From Azolla caroliniana (lineage: Eukaryota; Plantae; Polypodiophyta): 64,000 nt of DNA. Position numbers and translations under genes: made by a program. This document shows, piece after piece, positions 25,998 to 35,933 of this stretch (the stretch's first letter is position 1; each line of letters opens with the position of its first letter). Below the pieces are notes generated by a model, which had not been told where the DNA came from, did no database searches, and was given only the letters and a program-made list of their open reading frames with translations. The stretch lies in NCBI GenBank assembly GCA_043228905.1, contig JBHGNT010000008.1, forward strand, positions 5,332,001-5,396,000, written 5' to 3'.

Positions 25998-26204
25998 TGT
26001 TTAATCCTAATTCTTCTCATAACCAATGTTTTCACTTTGATTTCGTTCAATCTCCTGTTCTTTCGGTACATTCACGTGGGAATGGAAGAGATTCCGGAAG
26101 ATCATGTTCACCATGAAGTCATATGAAATCGGATCTCGATTCTCCCTAGAATCTTCCTATTAGTTGCCATCAAAGACTTTTGCTTGTTTTCCGTTCTTTA
26201 TCAA
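25998..26204 (+). pseudogene. sdh4: Mitochondrial succinate dehydrogenase subunit 4, 5'-truncated, unedited genomic form
   Basis: Frame reads [58 protein letters not shown]. This matches the recalled plant SDH4 motif LFWHIHVGIEEILxDYVHHEVTRNWILILLR once C/U editing is applied. Confidence 0.88.
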
Positions 26205-26630
26205 TTGGTTATTTCAAAGGGTGGCCTAAGGTCACCCCCCTTAAATGAGAGTCCCGCCTCTCTTCATTTAAGCGGGAAAAACGGGAAAGGGAGCAGTCAA
26301 TATGCTTTAACATTCGACGATAAAGAGCGCAGATTGGCCAAAAGGAAAGTAAGCAACGTAAAATACATTGCCCCTGAACTACGAGTAGCACTCGCTCTAT
26401 CATGGATAGACAATTTGATCTGATTTGTTGAATATACATACCTCTGAAATTAGAAGCAAAAGCGAAAGTGAGAGTGAAAGTGGAAGTATGGCCAGTTCCA
26501 TGACCTTTCAGGACTCTTGCTACTGGGGATCGGATCGCCCTCATGGCCTAAAGGCGAACCGCGGAAGAAAAGAAGCGGGATTCGAACCCAATAGCTACTT
26601 TCACTTCTCAGTCCTCTCTCCCTCCCTTTA
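25998..26630 (+). other. Nuclear insertion of mitochondrial DNA (NUMT), ~630 bp
   Basis: Contains the sdh4 3' part, followed by non-TE sequence with plant-mitochondrial spacer character. Flanked by a truncated gypsy LTR and a truncated copia gag; boundaries approximate. Confidence 0.78.
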
Positions 26631-26846
26631 TAGACCAATGTTCTTTGGGTCGGATCGATTTTCTTCTACACCGTTGATGTAGCTCCAATACCGTTGGCCA
26701 ACTAGGTATTGGTTCATCTTGTACTCCCAAGATGAATAGTTGCTTTGTTTAGCTTTTCAGTAGGGAGCAAGCTACCCATTTGTCTGTTCATGTTGTTCTA
26801 GTGTCCCCTTTTTCTTTTACTTTTCTTCCTTCGATCACATACATGT
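26631..26846 (-). mobile_element. Ty1/copia gag N-terminal fragment
   Basis: MNRQMGSLLPTEKL../NYSSWEYKMNQYLVGQRYWSYING on the minus strand, a typical copia gag start. Confidence 0.75.
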
Positions 26847-27514
26847 TGTCGCGAGAATACGACGAGGATACGTGAACGTTGAGGCAAGACCCCCGGGCCT
26901 TTGTCTAGAGGATATCAAATTCGTGTATTTATGTACTAAAAATTAACCGAAATGAGAAAGATTAACAAATTTCATTAATAAAAGGGAAAGAAAGATTACA
27001 ATCAATCCCAAGATTGGGATTACAAAAGTTTTATCTTATGGAGATGATTAGAATAATAGATTAGAGGAAATAAGAGATTATGATTCTTGAGTGATATGGC
27101 TTTGACAAGGAATTTTGGATTTTGAGAGATTGCTTCCGTATGGAAATTATGGTTTACTTGAGAGATAGCTTCCGTAGGGAAGATTAGGGTTATTGGCTTC
27201 GATAAGATAAGAGAGCTCCCCAACGAAAGAAAAAAAAATTAGATAATATGGAGAGTGAGTCCTAGTGTAGGAAAAAAAATGGAATAAATATGGAGTTCTC
27301 CCTTGATCATAGCCTTTCCACTTTTTGTTGCATGGCCTCTACTTTTAGTTGCCTAGCTTTTTCTTTTGGTTGCATGTGACTGTCCACATGACCTTTACTT
27401 TTTCCATGCACTCCTTCTTTAGTTGCTTGCGTCCACATGGCCTTTACTTTAGTTCTCTTCACTTTACTTTAGTTTGTTGCATGATCCAATCTTTCGTACG
27501 TCCGCGTCCAACCT

Positions 27515-27880
27515 CGTCCGATAGCCGGTTCCATTTTGCTTGCCGGTCGGTTCCGGTTCCGATTTTGCTTGCCGGCCGGTTCCGGTTTGCTTGCCGGTTC
27601 CGGTTTCGGTTTTGCTTGCCGGCCGGTTCCGGTTTGCTTGCCGGTTTCGGTTTCGGTTTTGCTTGCCTTCCGGTTCCGTTTTGCTTGCCGGTTCCAGTTC
27701 CGGTTTTGCTGTCCGATAGCCGGTTCCATTTTGCTTGCCGGTCGGTTCCGGTTCCGATTTTGCTTGCCGGCCGGTTCCGGTTTTGCATACCGGCCGGTTT
27801 CCAAATTGCATACTGGCCAGTTTCCGGATTTGCTTACCGGACCCATTTTCCGGATTTGCTTACTGGCCGGTTTCCGGTTT
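27515..27880. repeat. CCGG-rich degenerate tandem array inside the G2 LTR
   Basis: Units like TTTTGCTTGCCGGTTCCGG; a ~70-bp block recurs at 27515 and 27711. Confidence 0.9.
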
Positions 27881-28249
27881 TAGGGAATTTGGCCACCATC
27901 ATCCATCAAGACAATGTGGCCAAAGTGCTCTTAGCAGAAATGAAAAATGAGGGAGCTCAAGGTGTTTATATAGCTAGGGCCTTAACTTTTCTATCTATGT
28001 GGGATAGTTCTAATTTCCCTATCTAATTTCTCATAACTTGATATGTATTTCTCCATTTTGTATATAGTAAAATACATTTTGAAGCTCTTGAGTATATCCA
28101 TCTTTCTATAGTAAGCTACTAATCTAATCTATAATAATTATTTCATTATTTTTTTACATAGTGTGTGAAGATTCACACGACATTCGCCCCCACCAAACCT
28201 GCACATCCACTGGTATGTGCCAATTTTGGTGAGGATTCATTTTTGTTTA

Positions 28250-31200
28250 CTATACTTTTTCATCGATGCTTAAGACTGAATCGTCAAAAGCTTCGAATCC
28301 AATTTCTATTCTATCTCTTCTCTTGAAGATCTTGATTCTTTTACTGGCAATTGGCAAGGCAAGTGGTGTACCATCCAGTTCTACTAAATGATATGTTGCA
28401 TTATCTTCCACTTTCTTCACCACATATGGCCCAAACCATCGTTGTGAGAATTTTCGAGCCGTACTATGTTGGTTATCTAGGCTACTGTCATAGACTAGCA
28501 CCCAATCTCCTTCAACGATTTTCCTCGGCCGAAGTCGATGTCGTTTATCGAAGTCTTTCTTGTTCTTTAGCCTTGCATTCTTTAGCCGCGCTTTAGCTAC
28601 CTCTACATCTTCCAAATTCCGCTCTAATTGTCGAATCCTCAATGCTAGAAGATCTTCTCTACTTATCTCATCTTGCCATGGCAATGCAAACCATGAAATA
28701 ATACTTTGTTCTACCGGCATTATTGGCTTTTGTCCGAATATGAGCTCTACCAGCATGTATCCCGTCACCGAGCTATGAGTAGTCCTGTCAGCCCATAATG
28801 CAAATGGCAATAGACGTGGCCATTCTCCTATTTTCCCATGGCAAGCTTTCACTAGAGCCTTCACAATTGAGGTAATCACGATCAGATTTGATTGCCGAGA
28901 CGATCCCCCATAACTCCCTCTTCACTTGGGCAATACCTTCTTTGCCTGTCACTTAACACTTTCGCGCCAAACCGAATTGCATATCGGTTGCAATCTTCAT
29001 CTTCTTGGTTGATAACCCATCCAATTCCGATTGGACTAGTATCCACAGTCACAAAAATGGGCTTGCCGTATGAATAGTCCGCTTTCCGTAATGTAGGTGC
29101 CTCCATCAATAATTTCTTCAGCCTTCCGATGGCGATTGTATGCTCGCTCGTCCATTCGAACATCCGCTTCTTCTTTAGTAGACCATATAATGGCTCAGCA
29201 ATGTGGGCGTAGTGTGGAATCCAAATATGATAAAACGCGCATGCTCCAAGGAATCTTCGAACCTCCATTTGGGTTACACGTTCTTCTTTCATGTCTTGGA
29301 TTGCATTCACCTTGGATGGCGAAGGCTTCCGACCGTATGCTCCACACAAGTGACCTACCACCAGGATCTCCGGTTGCCCGAATGCAGATTTTTCTCCCGA
29401 AAATGTCAAATTCGCATCTTCGAGCCTTTGGAGCACCTTCTCGCAATCTTTCATATGATCCATGACGAACTTTCTACATCCATCCTTATCTTTTGATTCA
29501 TCCTTCTCTTCATCCGAACATCCTTTTATCGGAATATCATCTAAGAATGGCATCGTGATATCCGGGATGCAATCCTTCAAGACCTTGTTCATGGCATTCA
29601 CCATATGAGCCACCGAGTTCGTTGCGCCTTGAGGTAAGGTACACATCCGCACCAACCCGATTGGAGTTCTCATGGTTGTAATGTCACGACTGTCGACCGC
29701 CAACTGGAATTGATCTTAGCCAGAGTAAAGATCGCCGATGGAGTAGATGGACCGGCCCGCAAACGCCTTGGCAAATTCATCCACACTCGGACCGATTCCA
29801 GCATTCCGAATTGTCACCTTGTTGACGGGTTGAAGATCTTGAATGAATCGTAACGATCCATTCTTCTTTGCCACCGTGAACCACCTATTAGAATAAGGAG
29901 CATTCGACGGTTCTAGAATTCCCATCCTCACCTTCTCCTTTAAGAGCTCGATCAGCTTCGGTAGGTGTGCTCTCGAAACCGGTATCAGTTTCAAATTCCA
30001 AGGCACATGCGGCACCGTGAAGATCACCATCGGTTCTACCGTCCTTGGATTACCACACCCGATTTCTTGTGGGAAAAACGCGAAATCCTTCCCATGTCTT
30101 TCAAGCATTCCACGAAACATCCGCTCCTCTTCAGGGAGGAGGAAATCCTCCCTTCCAACTCGTAGCTTTCCCTTCGTCTCTTCAGTGAAGACGTGACCAA
30201 TTGCATTTGGGTTCCTTAAGCTTGGATCTTTTGCAACTTCCTTCATCTTTTTCCAACTATCTTCCGGTAGCGGAACTGCAACTGGCTTGATCTTCCTATC
30301 CACGGTTTTATATTTTGTGTTGACTTCGACTTCCTCTATCAAGATGCCTGGATGATAATCATCGATGATAGTATACATGTTGACGGAGTTAACCGAAATC
30401 ACATGTTGATGGTGAGGATAGCTCAAATCCACGACTTCCTCGATTTCGCCGATGGTGTCGTTAAATGAGGCTTCCTCCAGAATATATAACACGAATTCTT
30501 CTTCTTCAATTATGCTTTCTTCTTTCAGCACCTCCTCGAAGTCTTGTATCTGACACTTTTCCTTCTTGTTGAGTAGTCTAAGTTTGCATGCGCCGCCAGG
30601 TGTGACGCATGTTGCTTCTCCTTGCAATCCACGCACTTTGCTTCCTTGTGGGGACTTATGATTGCTCGGACTATTTGTGCCCCATGCTTCAATAGTCCGC
30701 TTTAAAAATCCGAGGATTTTCCTCCAAGGCTATCTCGGTTCCTTTCATGATTAGCTCGCACCGTCAGGAATTGAACGAATCTTTTACTATCAAGACTCTT
30801 GACGCGCGCGAAGGCTGCTCCATTATCGAACACCTTGGTCTCCATCCGGGACGATGTTATATATGGTTGTCCTAGGATGACGGGATGTGAAGCCGAGTCT
30901 TGCACGAAGAAGTGTTGATCAATCTCTACATCCCCGATCGTGACTTTAACGTTGGGGCAAGCTCCGTACAAGTCCTCCGTAGCCTTCATCGCCGCTCGAA
31001 TCTTCCATCCGTGGTTTGTATTAATCGGCCATCTTCCTTTCTTGTAGAACTCGGTCGACATGAGGTTGATCTCTGAGCCATGGTCAATCAAAGCGACCAC
31101 GGTCTCTTTCTTCTCCCCGATCTTCACCGGTGTCTCTGTTGTCACTCTTGCCCAATGAGGCCGCGAGTAATGGCTATCCGCCACCACTTCTTCTTCTTCC

Positions 31201-32918
31201 TCCTCTTCCGATCTTGCCATGGTTATGGCACTTGTTTTCACCTCCTCTTCATCAGATTGTTGCCGCTTCCTCTTAATAAGGTCCACGATAGTATCATGGA
31301 ACTCCTTCTTCGCGATCCCAAGTAGCTCTCTCAAGGTAAGGTCGACATGACTATCTAAAACCTTCTCCTCAAGGACCTTCCGCAAGTTAGTTGTTTGTTC
31401 TATGTCCGACCTTAGCTTGTAAGTCGGTGCCGCTCGTTCTTTTCCTTTCTTCGTTGATTCTTCGACTTCCATCCGAGCAGGTTGGCTCGATCCACCGGGC
31501 TTCATGTTTGTTTCACCAATCTCTTTTCTTGGGATAGGTTGGGGTGGCCCTTCTTTCCCTCCGTTCCTCGTGTTAGGTCGCTTTGATGTGCCATCTTCTT
31601 CACCGGTTCTCTTCCTCTTCTCTTCGACAAGGGCTTCATAGGTGTCACACACAACCTCCGCAAAGCTTGTGTTTTCGTTGATTGGATCTGACCATCCGGT
31701 TGCTCGTCGCACGTTTTGGTCAGCAAGTTTTAGATCCTCCGAATTGATTTTGCCTTTTTCTTCGCACTCGAAGACCGTTGGCCAAAACCCAGCTCCTGGC
31801 TTGATCATTTTAAGATTCTCTTTTCCAACTCGTATCCCAGCCGAAGCGGCATAGTGCATAGCCTCCACATGCCTTGCATCTTCTTCTTCTACAATCTTTT
31901 TCAGCCCACCTCTTCCGAAGTTCACTCGTAGTGGCTTCCGGGTCTCGCTTGAGTGAATCATGTTGCCGTCCAAATAGACGACATTCTTGCGGATCCCATC
32001 TTGCAAATCAGCACATTCCCTTCGTGAGTGTTCAAAGCTATCACACCACACACATCTATACGCTTCTTTTCCCTTGGGCCCGCGTCAACCTAAGTTGGCT
32101 AGCGATACCGCTTCAAACTTCTTGGAGAGCTCTTCGATTATAGACTCCTCCATTGCTTTCTTGTCGAAATTGTTGATCGGCTTACTAGGCTCAATCGTCG
32201 TAGGTGCCTTCTTCCACAATTGTAGATTCTCGACCTCAGCTTCCTCTTGCCATTGTCGCCGCTTATCAAAACGGTTGCAAGCCTTCTTCACCGCCGCCCA
32301 GTCCGCTACCAAACCATTTGGTTGTGTTTCGTCCTCCAAGAAACTACCCAATTCTCGCCGATCTTTCGCATCCATTGCCTTTAGGAATAGTAAGACTTTA
32401 TCTCCATCGAGAACTCGTTGCTCGACACTCGGAAGTCGGTTGTACTTCAGGTCGAATTCGGCATAAATTCCCGATGCACACAGATTCTTCCCTTTCTTCT
32501 CGATCCAATTCATTAACGTATGCCGAGTCATCCGCGATGCGTCTTCAAGCATGTATTCAGTGAGAAGAGCCCTTTCGAACTCCGCCCAAGTTGCATGCTC
32601 GTTTTGGATCTCCATCACATGCTCACGGATCCCGGGTTCTACCACACGCTTAAAGCTTGAAATTTGTTTTGGATCATGGACATCTCTTTGTTGCATCTCA
32701 TTCCGGTATGTAGCAAGGAAATTTGTGATGTTCTTCCCACCGAATCTTCCAACTGTCTCCACAGTTCGATCAACAGCTTTGTCGACTAAAGCCTCCCGAT
32801 CTCTCTCTTTCAGCATGAATTCGACGACGGACACCATGCCTTTAGTCAATTCTTCTCCTTGAGTTCCACTTGTCGAAGCCATCTTCGTACTTGATATCCT
32901 CCTACTGCCTCGTTTCAC
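28250..32918 (-). pseudogene. G2 gag-protease / pol with stops and an RNase H-integrase deletion near 28880
   Basis: ORFs 32085-32918, 30702-32051, 29716-30636, 28882-29703 and 28250-28879. Confidence 0.92.
30649..30711 (-). promoter_or_regulatory. Candidate -1 frameshift signal G GAU UUU UAA plus stem-loop/pseudoknot of G2
   Basis: Heptamer 30711-30705, 5-nt spacer, perfect 9-bp stem CGGACTATT (30699-91) / AATAGTCCG (30675-67); loop TGGGG can pair with CCCCA (30653-49); the -1 frame is open into the RT ORF. Confidence 0.78.
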
Positions 32919-33139
32919 GTCGGGTTCACCAAAGATGTCGAGAAAATACGATGAGGATACGTGAACGTTGAGGCAAGACCCCCGGGCCTTTGTCTAGAGG
33001 ATATCAAATTCGTGTATTTATGTAATAAGAATTAACCGAAATGAGAAAGATTAACAAATTTCATTAATAAAAGGGAAAGAAAGATTACAATCAATCCCAA
33101 GATTGGGATTACAAAAGTTTTATCTTATGGAGATTATTA

Positions 33140-33658
33140 AGGTGCAAGGTTCAATCAAGTGGGGAAATATATGTTGGCTATCATGGCAGGCTGCAATTGG
33201 CCGATATGAGCATCAGGAGGAGGGGATGACTTTGGTGATAAAAGCACAAGAGGTTCTTTTCTCCTCCAACGACAATGTCCACCATTTTCCTCTTAATGAC
33301 AAATCTCAAGAGGTGTTGGAATTGGTCAGCTCAATAACCCTTTGGATTCTATGGAAACAACGATGTAGGCGAGTCTTCTCCAACCAAACCACCCATCCAA
33401 CAAGGTTACTGCAAGAGATATGGAGTGAAATTGTAGCCACTCTGAAGAGCCAATATGATGGCCTTAAAGGTGGCTCCGAGGGAGTTGAAAGACAACGTAT
33501 AGCCTTCGTCCAACAATGGTCGTCCTCTCCCTTTCTTGAGTCAGTGGGCTTCCACATTAGATGGAACTATCGCGTCCCTTTAGGGATTTGTACATAATCG
33601 CCTCATTTGTAAAATTTTATAACTAATGGAAGGAGTTTTTTTTTTGGGAAAAAAAAAA
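33140..33658 (+). mobile_element. 5'-truncated LINE (L1-like ORF2 C-terminus) with A-tail
   Basis: TLWILWKQRCRRVF resembles the plant L1 W-x-IWK-x-RN-x-x-IF motif; stop at 33597, short UTR, A-run ~33649-33658; no TSD found. Confidence 0.7.
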
Positions 33659-33972
33659 TTCTTTTCTTGTTTTTCTTCATCTAATTTTGCATTGTGTTTG
33701 GCTTTGCGCCTTGAAAACTAGTTAAGAATAAGCATGATCTCATTTTACATAATGATTTTCTAATGTCAAGTTCTACAACAGCTCTTCTCGACTTGATGAT
33801 TATTTAGTGTGAAGGTTCACAACAATATGTGTCAAAGTCTAGGGAATCTTGTACTTAAGATGCAAGGTCCAAGTAAAAACTCTTAATATGATCAATTGCC
33901 TATTAATGAGTATGCTCTTCTTGTCGAATCACATTAAGCATACTAAGCACAAGTTTGTGTAGTGTTCAAAGC

Positions 33973-34494
33973 TAACAATCGGCAACGGTTCAATTTGAAC
34001 CGAACCGAACCACGAAATTGCGGTTTAATGGTTTCAACGGTTTGGTTCGGTTCGGTTCAGGTTTAGGTTTAGGTTTTTTTTAACGGATGGGTTTGGTTTT
34101 GGTTTTGTTTCAACAGTCAAAAATTGCAGTTTAAACAGTTTAACGGTTTTAAATTTTAAATTTTTTTAAAAAAATCTAAAACATTTTAATTGTTTTTAAA
34201 CAATTTTTTCATTTTTACACCTTATTCTCACATTTTAGGAACATCTTACAAATTTTAAAATTTCTAAATAATGAAATATTATAAATTTTTAAAAATAAAA
34301 AATTTGGCCTATGTTGAAAACTGAAACCGAACCAGGAAACCGCGGTTTTTACGGTTTAATGGTTAAACGGTTTGAAAATTCTTTAATGGTTTGGTTTTGC
34401 GGTTTGGTTCGGTTCGGTTTGGTTCAGGTTTCAAAAAATTTAAACGGTTCAGTTTGGACCCTCTCAAACCGAACCGAACCGTTGCCGATTGTTA
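33973..34494. mobile_element. hAT-type MITE (522 bp)
   Basis: 19-bp TIR TAACAATCGGCAACGGTTC; perfect 8-bp TSD TTCAAAGC; AACCG/CGGTT subterminal repeats. Confidence 0.93.
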
Positions 34495-35498
34495 TTCAAA
34501 GCAATGGGGACCCTTACATAAGTTTAATAAATTGTATAGGCCAAACTTTAATTTATATTTCCAAAACAAAAACATGGTTGTCAATTGCTTCAATATTTCA
34601 ATTAAGGGCCCCATTTGACCATGTTGCAAATGTAATAAAATTTGCACCATGCATGTTCTTGCAATATTACATACATCATTGGTAAAATTGGTTGATGATT
34701 TAATAGTAATCATATAGTGATTAAATGGCACATTTTGAAGCACATCTAAATGTTCAATAATAATCATCGTAGTTACGGATATATTATATTATTCTACTTA
34801 GATTCACAATGTGCACATTATGAGCTTTTGTGAGCATGAATAAATTGGGAGCATTTCCCGTAATAAGAATTATGTTTTTATCATTGTTAGGATTAGCCAA
34901 TTTGATGCCACCTCATCATCGGCATATTATCAACCAACTCACCTACAATAGAAAAGCACAAAGCAGCAAAGAAAATTTTACCAATAGCGTTAGATGAAAA
35001 GCATCCAAATTTCAATATATAAAGGGATGGAAGAGGGAAAGACAAAAGGCTTCTTTTTTTCTTCGAGCAAAGAATTTTTGGGAAGATAGTTCATTACTTA
35101 CCTTACGAAGATTGTTATCTTTCAAAATAGAAGATGTGACATCGTTGCATTGATATTTATGAACTCATTGTGAATATTGGTTCATCTAGATCTTCGATAA
35201 TCATTTATTGTTTATTTGTATCTTTCAAATTGTTCTTCACCTTCTTTCTTGCGCACTTAAACCTCATCTAGTACACATGGTAAGAAATAGGATATATTTA
35301 TCCAAACAACTTTATCCATCGGTAGGTAAGAGTGTTGTTTTCCCTCATTATTCTTATGTAGGTATGGCGTTCCTTGAATGATAAATGTGGGCACATGCAT
35401 GGCCTTTTAGTGGTTGATGTATGAATTCATGGCAATGCGTTGCATTGTGTGTTTTGTACATATTGTCCTACTTGTGATTCAATTACACTTTAAATTAA

Positions 35499-35933
35499 TT
35501 TATTGAAAATATATTCACCATATATGTTTTATATGCTCAGTATTTTTCCCTACTAATATCACTAACTCCTCAATCACGTCACTTTTATGCATAGATTTCA
35601 AGGAATTGTCTCTAGTAATGTTTGATCGTGCATTGTCTCTTGTTTTGTGCATATGTAAATTGCAAGTACCCGTGCTAATATCGACATTCCATTTCAACAC
35701 TCCCAATGCAAATTTTTATTGAAAATATATTCACCATATATGTTTTCTATGCTCAGTATTTTTTCCTACTAATATCACTAGCTCCTCAATTACGTCACTT
35801 TTGTGCATAGCTTTCAAGGAACTGTCTCTAGTAATGTTTGATCGTGCATCGTCTCTTGTTTTGTGCATATGTATTGCAAGTACTCACGCTAATATTGACA
35901 TTCCATTTCAACATTCCCAATGCAGATTTTTAT
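35499..35933. repeat. Tandem duplication, two copies of ~216 bp
   Basis: TATTGAAAATATATTCACC...CCCAATGCA recurs at 35501 and 35717 with scattered substitutions. Confidence 0.92.

Larger units (their letters stand above)
26847..33139 (-). mobile_element. Ty3/gypsy G2 (tRNA-Trp primed, no chromodomain seen); 3' LTR complete, 5' LTR truncated
   Basis: 3' LTR 26847-28182; 5' LTR remnant 32936-~33139 matches 26847-27050; PBS TGGTGAACCCGACGTGA at ~32915-32931 complements the recalled plant tRNA-Trp 3' end; PPT GGTGGGGGCGAA at 28183-28194; gag 32085-32918, protease LIDHGSE, RT FLDD, RNase H, integrase C-terminal part. Confidence 0.93.

Noticed and set aside
26570-26600. B-box-like GGGTTCGAATCCCGC on the minus strand in the NUMT
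   Set aside because: No matching A-box at tRNA spacing; probably a mitochondrial tRNA relic, so not counted among the cassettes.
27349-28026. Overlapping 70-225 aa ORFs on both strands; CRISPR-like appearance
   Set aside because: Products of a stop-free CCGG tandem array inside an LTR; no unique spacers and no cas genes.
33103-33597. 164-aa ORF as a host gene
   Set aside because: It starts inside LTR sequence, and the rest has a LINE ORF2 C-terminal motif followed by an A-tail.
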